This document shows positions 50,240 to 63,186 of a stretch of 64,000 nucleotides of DNA, piece by piece. Source of the stretch: Ginglymostoma cirratum (Eukaryota). Made by a program: the position numbers and the translations under genes. Location of the stretch: assembly GCA_024137785.1 (NCBI GenBank), contig JAHRHZ010000023.1, forward strand, positions 7,960,330 to 8,024,329. Reading direction: 5' to 3'. The notes under the pieces were generated by a model that saw only the letters and a list, made by a program, of their open reading frames with translations, was not told where the DNA came from and did no database searches. How positions within the stretch are numbered: the first letter of the stretch is position 1; each line of letters starts with the position of its first letter.

Positions 50240-50578
50240 ATAAAAACAGAAATTGCTGGAGAAACTTACCAGGTCTAGCAGCACCTGTAGAAAGCAAGCA
50301 GAGTTGACATTCTGAAGAATGGTCACTGGACCCAAAACATCAACTCTACTTTCTGCCAGCAGGTCTAGCAGCATCTGTTTCTGATTTCGAACATCCACAG
50401 TTCTTTGTTTTTTGTTTAGTGATTAAATAGAGATCTTGTTTGGATGGTTGCTTCAGATCAAGGTCTCTGATATCTTCTGAAGGAGGGTCATTGGAATCGA
50501 AACGTTACTGCTAAGTTTTTCCAGCAGTTTCTGTTTTTGCTTCTGATTTCCAGCATCTGCAATTCTTTTTGTTTTTTC
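50240..50578. mobile_element. Two adjacent copies of the same short repeat family, each with a mutated hammerhead
   Basis: ctgaagaatggtcactggacccaaaacatc (~50312) and ctgaaggagggtcattggaatcgaaacgtt (~50477), with family flanks. Confidence 0.7.
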
Positions 50579-50739
50579 CCTAATGTCTTGCTTCACGTTC
50601 CTCCTCAACCAACACTAGAAGAATTTTTTTGCTTTGTTTTGCAGTTTTTTTTGTTCACTGAATTACAAACACTCAATATATTTGTTACCACACTCAACAT
50701 TGTGTGTGAACTATTTTGAGGCAGTTGGGAAAACTAGAA

Positions 50740-51166
50740 TGAAAGAACTTGGCTCATGCAGCAACTTGCCAAAGCTCAGAACATCCCTAAGCATTTCACA
50801 TCTAATTAACTACTTTTGAAATATATTCACTATTATTCTGTTGATGACCTTTAGCAGTTAAAGCCCTGTGAAGGCTCCAGAAATGGCAATGAGATGGTTG
50901 ACCAAGATCATTTGTTTTTGTGATGCTTGATTAGATAAATTTTGACTTGTGGATGGAAAGAATTGCTCTAATTTTGTGTGATTCAATCTTTTGTGTGCAT
51001 ATGAACAGGGAGTTAAGACCATGATTTATTGTATTTTCTGAAAGAGGTTGCCTCCAACAGTTTCATACTTGCCTAATAAATTTTGAGGTACTTTAGCCAA
51101 TAATGGAGGTGAAGATATGACTTACTGACTTAGAGTTAAAAGTCTTACCACATGGCCAAGCTGACA
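50740..51166 (-). mobile_element. Ancient DeuSINE-like (SacSINE1/AmnSINE-like) remnant
   Basis: Degenerate ctgaaagaggttgcctccaacag core and ctgacttagag...gccaagctgaca head; recognised from memory only. Confidence 0.4.
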
Positions 51167-52852
51167 GTCGCATATTTTAGAGGTGTTAAGCCTTTGTTTA
51201 AAGTCTGAATATTTAAATATTTCTGCTTAAAATGGCTGTGTTCTGATAAAGGTGATGTCAAAAGAAATACAACACTCTTTACCACAAGCAAAGATTGGAG
51301 CTCTTCTCCAGTTCATCTAATCACTTTAACTTCATTTGGAGAATATCGAAGTTTGTAGTAACACTGAAAATACATTGCCATCCCTGGGTTTTGCATAAAA
51401 GACGACTTGCATTAAGTAGTCACACTCAGAGCAGCAACAATTGGTTATTTAATTCAGATTTGGCTCCTATTGACAATATTATTGTTCCGTAACATGGGTA
51501 CTTTCCAGAAAAGCAATGAGGTTGTAAATTCAAACATTCATGTCTACTGTTGCTTATAACCTGTCAATACTTATTCCATAAATTCTTCAAAATTGATTCT
51601 ACAAAGGAACTTTAAATTTGTCCTCAACATTTTATGTTGACTCTCTCAAAGTTATTTTAACAGTTTCCTATATCATGAGCTTAGTAAAAGCATTGTATTC
51701 ACTTTGGGCTTGTTTAATTGTGCCACCCTTAAGAAAGTGATCACGAGGAGATAAGATCATGCATACTTCATTTTTTACAGTCTTCTCCTAGTAATTCAAA
51801 TACAGTTTCTGTGCTAAAAAGGTGACAATATCCAGTAATTTAAATAAAACAATAAATAGAAAGCAGCATTTTTGTGCTCTAATTATTTGCATCATCACAA
51901 AATTTGAATTAACTAATTTTGAATTAGGAGGAGTAGACTATTGAATTCATGAACCATGGTCTGCCAGTGTAAGACCATGTCAAATCAGCAAACATAAATT
52001 GTCTTGAGTGCGATTGATTTAATGTGAATTAAGATCTGGTACTCGTACATGACCAGCTTATATCCTGCTTTAGCTCCTATGTTGCTTTTTCCATAAAATA
52101 TATTTTGGACAAAGCGTAGGGGAAATTATCTCTGTACTCCCCTAATTCTGATGTGGGAGTTTGGTTAAGCAACTAATTTTCTGTCCTCTTAAAAAATTAT
52201 TACAGACTGGGGAAAAATGGCTGGTAAAGACAGGTGAATGCTTAATGCAGGTGAGCGTTTATTTAGGTTTCACTGTCTATAATGAATAAATGAATTCTTA
52301 AGGATTTTACATGAAAATTTTTAATGTTATGTCTGCATTGGTTCATGTGCTTCCTTTTTATTGTGTGATCATAAAACTATTGCCTATATGCAAGTTGCAG
52401 TAGAACCTACTGTCTGATTACACAGCTTTATATAATATTTTAAATTTTGTGTTTAGTATTCCAAGTAGAGCCATTTTCAGATAAGCTAGCCTCAGTTCTG
52501 CCTGGTTAATCTGACCAGTTTAATGACAAATTGACATTTTGGATTGCCATACCTCCTTCAAATAAGTTTCTGCCATTAACTATTAGACCTCTTTGTAGTG
52601 AATGAAAAAAATGTACCACTATCTCTGCTATTACAGGAATACAGGTCTATGCAGACTATGCATATCAGATTTTGTCAAATATAGCAAGTCTGCTGCAAAC
52701 CTTTCTAAAACTGATGAATTTGAGGGGTTGGGGATGATCCAATGTACTTTTTTTCAAAATTCTGAACTCGCTGTATTGCCCGGGTTGTCTGGATAAATGC
52801 TTGAATTTAGTGAAGAAGAGAAATACAATTGCTTTTAATTCTTTTCCTGCAG

Positions 52853-52971
52853 GATGGCCGGCTGAAGGAACCAATACATAAATTAAAAGAAGCAATTGGG
52901 AAAGCAATGCCGAATCAAATAGCAAAGTATCAAGATGATTGTCAAGCTCATAGCCAAGCCAAGATTGCCAA
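52853..52971 (+). CDS. UBN1: UBN1 coding exon 9, [39 protein letters not shown](K)
   Basis: ttcctgcag|GAT...GCC AA|gtatgt; 119 nt. Confidence 0.96.
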
Positions 52972-53054
52972 GTATGTGTCATACAGCTTAACATCACAGT
53001 TGCATTAACATCTGTCATTGGAAACATGTTAGTCCATTTTAAAGGCAGTAATTT

Positions 53055-54190
53055 CAGAACACTTAGAATTGCCAATGTTGTCACATTGTTTAAGAAGGGT
53101 AGCAGGGATAATCCAGGAAATTACAGGCCTGTGAACCTCATTTTGGTGGTATGGAAATTATTGGAAGAGATTCTCAGGGACAAGGTCAGAAGCAAATGGA
53201 CTTATTAGCGATAGACGGCATGGTTTTGTGCTGGGGAGGTCATGCCTCACCAACTTGAGTGTTTTGCAGAGGTGAAAAAGCAGTTGTTGTCTACATGAGC
53301 TTTAGTAAAGCCTTTGACAAGGTCCCTCATGGCAGTCTGGTACAAAAGGTGAAGTTACATGGTTTCGGGGTGACTTGGCAAGATGGGTACAGAACTGGCT
53401 TAGTCACAGAAGACAGAGGGTAGCAGTGGAAGGATGCTTTTCAGAGTGGAGGTCTGTGACTATTGGTTTCCATAGGGATCAGTGCTGGGACCTCTGGTGT
53501 ACATAAATGATTTGGAGGAAAATGTGGCTTGTCTAATTAGTAGGTTTGCAGACAATGGAAAGATTGGAGTCATGGAAGTCAGTGGAATTGGTGGATTGAT
53601 GGAAGTCGGTGTACTAAGCTTTGAGGATGACACAAAAACGTAACGGAAGTCAAGTAATTAGATACATATAATTTGCAGAAGGATATAGACAGATTAAGTG
53701 AGTGAGCAAAATCTTGGCAGATGGAATATAACGTGGGAAAATGTGAGGTTATGGACTTTGGCAGGAAGAGTAGAGGAGCTGAGTATTAAACGAAGAAAGA
53801 CTGCTGAAACCTACAGTACAGAGGGGCTGAGGGTCCTCGTGAATCACAAAAATCTAGCATCCCAAGTTCAGCAAGTAAAAGAAAGTCAGTACTCCATTTC
53901 CTTTCTCATCAAAGTGAATCGATTATAAAATATTGAAGTCTTGTTAACACTATGTTATGCTCAAGAAGAAAGTAGTGAATATGTGGGACTCAATGCCACA
54001 GAAGGCTGCAGAGGCCAAATCACTGAGTGTATTTAAGGCAAAGATAGGTTTTTTTGATTAGTCAGGGGATCAAAGGTTATGGAAAGAAGGCCGGAGAATG
54101 GGGTTGAGAAGCGTATCAGCCATCATCAAATGGCGGAGCAAACAAGATAGGCCAAATGGTCTAATTCTTCTCATCTATCTTCTGGTCTTG
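53055..54190 (+). mobile_element. Degenerate CR1 LINE ORF2 fragments plus 3' UTR
   Basis: IANVVTLFKKGSRDNPGNYRPVNL, tttagtaaagcctttgacaaggtccctcatgg, ggatcagtgctgggacct; probably more than one insertion. Confidence 0.85.
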
Positions 54191-55660
54191 TGGACTAGGT
54201 GGCCAAATTGCATCTCAAAACAGATCCTGTCCTCAGCAGTTTTCTTTGCGTGTTACGTTCAAGGACTAAGAGGCTGAAGTGTTTAAAAAACAGCCGGGGA
54301 TTTATTAAGGGAGGGGTTCACTCTGCAGCAGCAAGGTTAGACTAACTGTTTCACGCCAAAATGGCTGATGTCAGGTCCTATGATCAGATTCTGAAAGCAA
54401 CAGCTGAACATATATAAATACACAACACTGTACAAGGTACAAGAGCAGTTTTGGTCCCCTTATCTAAGGAGGGATATGCTAACGTTGGAGGCAGTGCAGA
54501 AAGGCTTGCAAGGTTGAAGAAGGGGTATGGAGGGATTTTCTTATGAGCAGATAATGTGTAAATTGGGCTTGTACTCATTAGAGTTTACAAGGGTGTGAGG
54601 CAACCTTATTTTTACATACAAGATTCTTGGGGTACTTAACAGGGAACAAATTTAGCATCTACCCTGTTGTGGGAAAGTCTGGGACCCTCATCTGAGTTGT
54701 TTTCATCTGATAAAGTCTGAAGAAATGCCCGAGAGATAGTGGAATGAGGAACAAGTGATGTATGCGTTAGTTGAGTTAATTGCATATGAATTGATTGTGT
54801 GTGTGTGTAAGAGCAGCTAGTTATCGTGGTGTAATGACATAAAGCTCTAACATAGAAGTTGAGACTTTAATTCTGTTTAAGTTTTATCTTTTGGAGTAAC
54901 TGAAGTTAAAGGGTTTCCCATTTAAGACATTTTTACAATCTCAACTGATGTTATTACTGAAAAAGTAGTATTCCAGATTGAAATATGGCTTGATTGATCA
55001 TGTTTATTTTTGATTTTAATGAGGTTGTCTTTCACTGACACAAGTGCTTGCTCGTTTGGTTTTAACAATGAAGCAAATTTGTTATGCAAAAAAATTGAAG
55101 ATAAAATAGAACAAACTAAAGTATTGACTCAACACGTTTAAAAATTTCAAAACACAGCGTAAACTACAGTGCCATTAAACTCAATAGCACCCCATTGCAG
55201 CATTCAAATATCAGTGGGCGAATTCCCTTCTCTGTTACACATTGTGTTTGACCTAGCTGTGGCTTTAATTCCATGATCTTGAAGATCTGAGCCGCTTAAT
55301 TATTAGTTTTTAAGAAAAGTTTAAAAGCACATTTCAGCTTCAGACAAGGCTTGTGTAAAACTGAAAATATTGGACTTCAGTTTTTCAGGCTTATAAGGGA
55401 TCCCCCTAACCAAAAGCGAAAAAAAATCAACCTTTGACCTTCTAAACTGAAACCCTAATGCACATCGTTTATTTTGTTCACTTGTAACAGCTGTGCCAGT
55501 TAAAACAAAATCCCATTGCATGCCAGGAACGTTCTCACTGTTTTTAGAAAGAAACCACTAGTGCTACAGAAATACCTACAAGTTAATCATTCAGCCCCTT
55601 CAGACATGCAAACCAAAACCCAAATACCACTAGCTTAAGCCCAAACTCTACAATAAAGTC

Positions 55661-55976
55661 AGTCATACAGCAGGGAAACAGACCCTTCAGTCCAACTCAT
55701 CCATGCCGACCTAGTTTACCGAACTGAACTAGTCCCACTTGCCTGTGTTTGGTCTATATCTCTCTCAAACCTTTCCTGTTCATGTACCTATCCAAATGTC
55801 TTTTAAATGTTGTAATTGTGTACCTGCATCTACCACTTCCTCTGGCAGTTCGTTCCACATACGTATCTTACTCTGTGTGGAAACCATTGCCCCTCAGGTC
55901 CCTTTTAAATCTTTCCCCTCATGGCGTAACCTATGCCCCTTTGAACTCCCTACCCTAGGGGAAAAGACCTTTGCTA
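55661..55976 (-). mobile_element. CR1 3'-end element, left arm of an inverted pair
   Basis: Reverse complement of 56262-56579; typical agtcatacagc...gacccttcagtccaac terminus. Confidence 0.8.
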
Positions 55977-56261
55977 AATATATAAACAAGCACCTTTCGT
56001 CACAACAGAGATGAAGAGGAATTTCTTCTGAGGGTAGTGATTCTGTAGAATTCTGTACTACAGAGGGCTTTCGATTCACTGTCATTAAGAACATGAGGCT
56101 CAGATGGACAACTTTTTAGTAGTAGAGGAATCAAGAGTTATGTGGGAAGGACAGGAAGTTGAAGTTAAGGAACATCAGATCAGTTATGATGTCATTGAAG
56201 TCTGCTCCTGTGTCTAATGGTCATCTTGCATCTCAGTTGTGATGCAAGGTGTGTGTTTATG

Positions 56262-56579
56262 TAGCAAAGGTGTTTTACCTGGGGTGGGGGTGGATTTAAA
56301 AACTAGGCAGCATAGGTTTAAGGTGAGGGGGGAAAGATTTTAAAAGGGACCAGAGGGACAATGTTTCTCACACTGAGTTTTGTATCTGGAATGAACTGCC
56401 GGAGGAAGTGGTAGATGCAGGTGCAGTTGCAACATTTAAAAGACACTTGGATAGGTACATGGATAGGAAAGGTTTAAGAAATATGGGCCAGCAACAGGCA
56501 AGTGGGACTAATTTAGTTTGGGAAACTTGGTCAACATGGTTCGGTTGGACTGAAGGGTCTGTTTTCAAGCTGTATGACT
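56262..56579 (+). mobile_element. CR1 3'-end element, right arm of an inverted pair
   Basis: cataggtttaaggtgagggggg...gttggactgaagggtctgtttt...ctgtatgact. Confidence 0.8.
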
Positions 56580-57582
56580 CTGTGTGACTTTATTTTATTT
56601 TAGAGTGGATTACACTTGCGTTTGAAGCTAATTCTTGATCTTGGGAACAGCAGGAAGTCATTTAACCGTCCCAACCTGTTTGGCCAATTGATCAAATCGT
56701 GGCTGATCTGGATATTAATCCCTTCAACCTGTTATGTTTCATGTCCTTTAATACTCTTGCCTAGTAAAGATGTTTCTCATTCTCTCAATTTTCAAATGTC
56801 TAGTTGACCTTACCACAACAGGATTCTTCAGTGAAGAGTTGGGCTGGGGTGGGTTTCAAAGTTTCAGATCTTGACTACCTTTTAAATGCTTCTTGACATT
56901 GTCCCAATTACCTTTGGTCTAACTTTAAGGTTATGCCCTCCTGTTGTGAACTACCCCCCTCTTCCTTACAACCCACCCAGCCCCAAAAAAGTGCAATCAC
57001 AATTCTGGTACCTGGTCAAGATTGTGGATAATTGTCCCAGTCTGTCATGCTCACAAAAAGCATAAAACATTCAACCCAGGCAATTACTGCCCCATCGCTA
57101 TACTCTTTAAGATTAGCAAAGTGACGGATGATGTTAGCACTACTGGTATCAAGTGGAACTATAAAGACCTGCTCAGCTTTGAGTTCTGCCAGGAGCACTG
57201 GCTGTAGATCAATTACAGTCTTGGTCGAGGCATATATTTTAAACAGCTGAAGTGTAGAGGTTAGGTAAGACTGCACTTGATATGAAGCATTTGCATTAGT
57301 CTTAACCGTGTATGACGTCAAGATCTCCGACAAAAATTTAAGTGATTAGGGGGTTTTGTTTTGCTCCCCAATGCTTGCAGTAGTACCATGCATAAAGGAA
57401 GATAGTTAAAAATAATTTGACTTACGAAGTATGAATAAGTTATGAGTGTACTTTTGTTCTTTACTAAAGAACTGCATTTAAAGAACACAGTTTTTGTTTT
57501 AACGTAACATTGTGCCTTTCACTGAATTTTTATCATTCTCTCTAATTCTGCAAGTAATCTGTTTCCTACTTCTCATCTGCAG

Positions 57583-57705
57583 GATGATGGGGGAAGATAA
57601 GGACCAGAAGGAGAGAATGTTTTCTGATGATGATGATGAAGACGACAAGTTGGGAAGAAGAGTTGTAGGACCTCGCAAAAAGTTTCACTGGAATGATGAG
57701 ATCAG
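57583..57705 (+). CDS. UBN1: UBN1 coding exon 10, [40 protein letters not shown](R)
   Basis: catctgcag|G ATG...ATC AG|gttcaa; 123 nt; GPRKKFxW motif. Confidence 0.95.
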
Positions 57706-59681
57706 GTTCAATATGTTGCTTGCTTTAATAGACTGTATAAGGCATTTGTATCAGTAGTATGTTTATGGACTGCAACTGGATAAAAATATAATTGTGGATT
57801 ATATGTGTGTTTTATATGATAACTTAGTATGAGCGTATTGTTTGATGTGTCTGCGTATCAAATCATTCAAATTGTGCTACTGTTTGAGTGCTCCATAACT
57901 GGAGTCACTGGGGAAACAATGAGTGAAGTGAGAGTGCATAACATTGGCAATTACCAGAATGGACCGTTGATAGGCAAAGTTGGGGAGGAGATCCCTGAAT
58001 GACCTCAGAATTTAGGTTAGAGGTGTACACTTGATGCTGTAGGCATAAATAATAATATAGAATGATTTGGAAGAAGCTAAATGCTTTTCATAGATGCTGC
58101 CAGACCTGCTGAGTTTCTCCAGCACTTTGTTTTTATTTCCCATTTCCAGCATTTGCTTTCTTTTTCTTTTAAGTAATACAAGCATAGTTTTGGTGAGAGA
58201 AGACAAGTTGTTTAAATTTGTGGATCCATAAGAAGTTGTGAGGCCCTTGAAGATGATAGTAACAAATGATGCACCAAAGTGTGAAAGAGTCACATGTAAC
58301 ATCAGTAAGAAATGGAACAAGCAAGATGAAAACAATGTTAGAATTGATGAGTCAGTGCAGAATTCTATTAATGTGATTGGATAATTTGAAAGTCAGCAGC
58401 AGTTTCTGTAATTTTTGAAATTTGTGGCTGGAAGGAGAGACTGCAAGTCCAATTAGTTTTTGGAAAGTTAAGAGGATCACTTTGCTTAAAAATATATCAA
58501 ATTTTCTTTGTACGTACTTTCTAAGGAGCAGGAAAGGTGGTGTGGGAGTAACAGATAAGAGATAAATTAGAAACAAAATTGGAGGTATTTATTTCAATCT
58601 AGGAAAGATATGTGGTTAGCATTGGAGGTCTGGAGTTTGATAGTTGTGGTAGAGACAAAGCTTGATATTATTCCTAACAGAAGGACTGAATGGAACCATG
58701 CTTGGGGGTGCTTTGGTGAGATTTGCAAATGATTTCCTTCCTCCAAATCTCCATGTACGACATTAAGCCAGCGAATGCTGAACTTCTGGAAATGCAGACG
58801 TTTCTCCATGTGCTGTATTCGCTGTGTACTCTAAACGTTTTCAAGTCATGTACGTAATGACATAGACTTGTTGCAAGTTAAAATCATCTGCAGAAACAAT
58901 AGGGTATTTTTCTTTCTTTGCCATACGGATAGTAATAAAAACAATTAACTATCCTTTGTAGAAAATCACCCGATTTTTATACAATTATTCTGAGCTCTGC
59001 CAGGTTGTCGTGCTAGCGGTGATGATAAACTTTTCCCTATGAGCCCTGACTACATAGCTTAAAATAGCACTCTGTATTTGTAATATTTTTGATTGGTTTA
59101 TTTGTGCTGAATTATTGGCGTTTTTGTGTAATGAATACACAATTGTAAATGATTTGAAGCTGTGTAAACACATTTTGTAGTACCTCTTGGACATAGGGGA
59201 GATATTTAAATCTGGACGTGGGCTTTCCTTTATTCTACTTGCCAGTGCTTTCTCATGTACTCTTTTACCTTTTCTAATTTTCTCCCTCACCCCCCACACT
59301 TTTAATACTCCTTTGGGGGCTCTCTTTGAGCTCTGTATATCTGAATGAATCACCTTCATGTTATATATAGGAGTTGATATTTAGAGCACCATCCTTTCTC
59401 ATGGACACTCCAGATTTTGTGCAAGCAAGAAGAATGAGAGAGTTCATGTAATTTAGTTACATTTTTAAAATATGTTAATATGCCTTTGAATGAAATTCAA
59501 CAATGCTTTAGCTATATTGATTGCGCAGTGTCTTTTGCTTCAAATAAATAAAACGTTTCTATGCATCGATCAGAAATTTGCATTTAAGTTACAGTTGGAA
59601 CACACATACTGAGAAAATAGAACATGGTAGGTTTTCTCTGGGCCCTATCTCTTTACACATATTTCTTACATTGTGCTACAG

Positions 59682-59825
59682 AGAGCTGCTGTGCAGTGTC
59701 GTGAGGACTAAGATGGCGTGCTGTGAACAAGAGAGAAACAAGTCCCAGTCTGCAGAGGACTACCTAAAGGCTTTTCTTGAATCTGAAGTCAAACCACTTT
59801 GGCCTAAAGGGTGGATGCAAGCAAG
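59682..59825 (+). CDS. UBN1: UBN1 coding exon 11, [47 protein letters not shown](R)
   Basis: gctacag|A GAG...GCA AG|gtacat; 144 nt; [14 protein letters not shown] motif. Confidence 0.96.
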
Positions 59826-61651
59826 GTACATGGCAAAGGACAGTAAACAGTATATACTTCAAGTGAAGTTAAATGTCACTGCATAAAGAGCTGTTAAATG
59901 AGCATCCTGCAAAGAATGAGAATAAGCCTTCAGAAGAGGCAAGGTAGAACAACTGTATGTGCTCGGCAAGGCTGTCCTGCTGTTCCTCTGATCCAAGACC
60001 AGTCCTTGAACTGGACCTGGAAAGTGAAGAGATAGGCAGTGGTTGACTCTTCCTTGCAAGTTTAACAAAGAGATGAGTGTTTTCTTAAAGTAAGACAGCT
60101 TTGTCAGTATACGTACATGTTGGGAGAAATTTTAATAAAAAAGTGCCAAGATAGCAAGGCACTAATAGCCTCAACCGTGGTAATATTTCTGACTTGCAGC
60201 TTATCCAGGGTAGATTTTCCATGAGGTCATGAATGAATGAATGGTTTCTGTCCTCCGGAGAGGTTCTGGTCCTTTTTTCAATGTTCCAATTAGTCTTCCA
60301 AGTTAAGTTTATGTTGTGCACTGATGAGAGATTGTGAGGCTGTGACTGTGCTTCAATTGTTAATAGTGTGAAATATGGCACCAGTTTGAGGAAGTTGGGG
60401 AAAGATAGTTATAGTGTTTGGTTTCCCCGTAGCAGCTGAAAGAGGTTGAAATATATTGCTGTAATTGTAACATAGCACTTGAGAGAAAGCTCAAGTGGAA
60501 ATGTGAGAAACAATTAATTGCGTAGTGTTCTCGAAGAATTGACACTGGCAGTGCGCTCCAAAAGAACATATTTTGTGTTCTTCTGTTTGACAGCTCCTGG
60601 ACCATAGAACTGTAGAATAAGAGAAATGGCAGAGTCTCAGACCATAGCTTTGCTGTGCTCCTTAAGTTTTTTTTTTAATATAGAATCACAAACAGGTCTC
60701 GGGTGCAGTAATCCGAGAATTCACCTCCACTGTGGTGAGTAACTTGGCTTGGTCCAGTTTTGCCTTCAGGAGGATATAACTGGTCTTATCTCAGCTCAAC
60801 ATCGTCACTGCGGTGTGAGAAAATTAGTTTCTCATTCCAGTGTCTCTGTTTAACATTTTTGACTGTAATGGAAAGGATTTGGATGGTTACATGTCCAGTA
60901 ATCCTAGGATACCTCAATTACTGCTTCCTTAAATTTGTCTGCTAAAACTATGCACAAACCTAAAAGGAGAACTGTGTTAAAACTTTAATGATTTTAAATG
61001 TAAGTTATATTAACTGTGTTAAATGTGTCTACCTGATTTTGGTGTGTTCACTGTAAATACATGTTTCATTCTGAGCAGAAAATTCTGGAACAACTCAACA
61101 GGTCAGAATGTATCTGAGATGATCAGCGTTAATATTTTTGGGTTGACTTCCAGCATCTGCAGTTCTTTGCTTTTGCATTACTGAACAATATTTAAACATG
61201 ATGTTTAATCTGTGATGTTCTAGCCTTTAGCTGTATTACATTTACGTTTGCCTGAAATCCCAAAGAAGGTAAAATCTTAGCTCAAAAATGATTTGCAAAT
61301 CAGATGTCATGCATAAATACGACCGTGCAAAATGTTTCATAAAATGAGATTGCAGGTAAATCCAAGGCTGAAAGTTATGCTGGTGGTGTTATAATGCTCC
61401 AGGATTAATAATGATTAAGCATGTTGTTCATCAGCTGTGTCTCCCTTTTTTTTTTGCCTTCCACTGATGCTTGCCAACAGCTTCAGTGTGCATACTCTCA
61501 GCTGGAAAATACTTGAAGCAATTTCTGATGGTGGTTGTAACATGGCATGGACATTGTACTAGGTTGTGGCAAGTTGTTTAAAAAAAGGTTTCACAGTCTG
61601 CATAGTATGAAAGTAAGGGAAAAAAATCATAGATTTATTTTTCCTCAACAG

Positions 61652-61702
61652 AACATTATTCAAAGAGAGCAGGAAGGTACATGCTCATGTCACCTCAATA
61701 CC
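61652..61702 (+). CDS. UBN1: UBN1 coding exon 12, TLFKESRKVHAHVTSI(P)
   Basis: ctcaacag|A ACA TTA TTC AAA GAG AGC...ATA CC|gtgagt; 51 nt; phase 2-2. Confidence 0.93.
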
Positions 61703-62219
61703 GTGAGTATTTGCATCATCAGTGCTCCTGCGCAGTTACTGTGCTTTGGTTTTTCCCAGTACAGGCAACTTTGGTAATGTGTTAACTAACCCTGGCAGTG
61801 AGAACCTCATTCATGTAGTAGTTTAAGCATGCAGAAGATTAAAGCTAATGGCATTAACTAAATGTCTGCATTGTAATTTATTGGAGTGACTAGCTTGTTC
61901 TTTATTGAACCTGCCTAATTTTAATTCCATTGATATCCACTTCAGTGGTTTGCCACACACAGTGAAAACCAAAACCACTCTTTGTGCTAAATTTTGCAAT
62001 GACACATCATTGTGGAAAACATCCATGTTCACCCGTTTGACACGATGACCAATCACATCCTTGTGTTGCTTAGTACAGCAACAGGGGACCATAAATAATT
62101 TGGGGAGAAGAACTCTTAAGTTTTTTTGGCTCTTTTTCTAGTATTTCAATTTTCCCTCTTGCCCCCTCCTTCTGTCTCTTGTGAAACCACCATCCTGGAC
62201 ACTCTACCTGAACTCAAAT

Positions 62220-62415
62220 CATAGAATCCCTACAGTGTGGAAACAGGCCCTTCAGCCCAACAAGTCCACACCGACCATCAGAGCATCCCCCCAGACCCAT
62301 CCCCCTATGACCCACCTAATCTACGCATCCCTGAACACTATGGGCAATTTAGCATGGCCAGTCCACCTAACCTGCACATCTTTGGACTGTGGGAGGAAAT
62401 CGCAGCACCTGGAAA
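62220..62415 (-). mobile_element. HE1-like SINE, 5'-truncated
   Basis: tagaatccctacagtgtggaaacaggccc...ggactgtgggaggaaatcgcagcacctgga; no tRNA head. Confidence 0.8.
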
Positions 62416-62519
62416 ATCAGTTGTATAGTTCTCTTTCTTGGGCTTCTCTTTAGCACTTTGGAAACAATTTGGCAAAGTTTCAGTATGGATTGGTTCCTGG
62501 ATGAGCAGGTTGTCCTGTG

Positions 62520-62945
62520 AATGTGACATCAAATAAATTGGGCTTATACTGTTTGGAGTTTAGAAGAACAACTGGTAATCGAATTGAAACATATGCAAGA
62601 TTCTGAATAATTTTGACTTGCAAAATACTGAGAGTTCATTTCCATTGGCTGACGAAATTAGAGCATGTAGGCTCAGGCTCAGGAAAAGGGATTGATCGCT
62701 TATAATTGAGATGGGGGGGGGAAGTTCCCACTGAGTGGACGAAAAATTCTTAGAATTCTGCCCAATACAGATTTGTGGATGCTCAATCTTTGAGTGTATT
62801 TCAGGCTGCAGTAGGCCTTTCATGGAACTGAGGGATATGGAAATAGGTGTAAAAGTGGAACCGAGGCAAAGGATCCACCATGATCATCTTGAATGAGTGA
62901 AGCAGGCTCGATGGGCCAAAATGTACTACACCCATTTACTTTCCT
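62520..62945 (+). mobile_element. Old CR1 3' fragment
   Basis: ttggagtttagaagaa...tcttgaatgagtgaagcaggctcgatgggcc. Confidence 0.6.
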
Positions 62946-63143
62946 TATGATGGTCTAACCTTTCTCCCTCCCTCGCTGTCCTGGTCCATTTAACAACATT
63001 GCAGCCATGCACAGTTATTAAAATTGACTTTTAACTTGGCATTATTCAATGTGAAATTGATGTTACGTTTGAAATTGTAATTTTGAAGTAGTAGACAACT
63101 GTATATAGATAACTTTACTAACACTATTTGCACTTTCATTCAG

Positions 63144-63186
63144 AACGAAGAAGAAAGTCATTGCTGCCCCAAAGACTAAAATAAAG
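63144..63186 (+). CDS. UBN1: UBN1 coding exon 13, TKKKVIAAPKTKIK
   Basis: ttcattcag|A ACG AAG...ATA AAG|gtaagt; 43 nt; similar to human AKKKVMAPSKIKVK; gene continues past the right edge. Confidence 0.9.

Noticed and set aside
21243-61175. Recurrent ~40-90 bp sequences as a CRISPR-like array
   Set aside because: Dispersed, variably oriented and diverged, with no repeat-spacer periodicity; eukaryotic intron context
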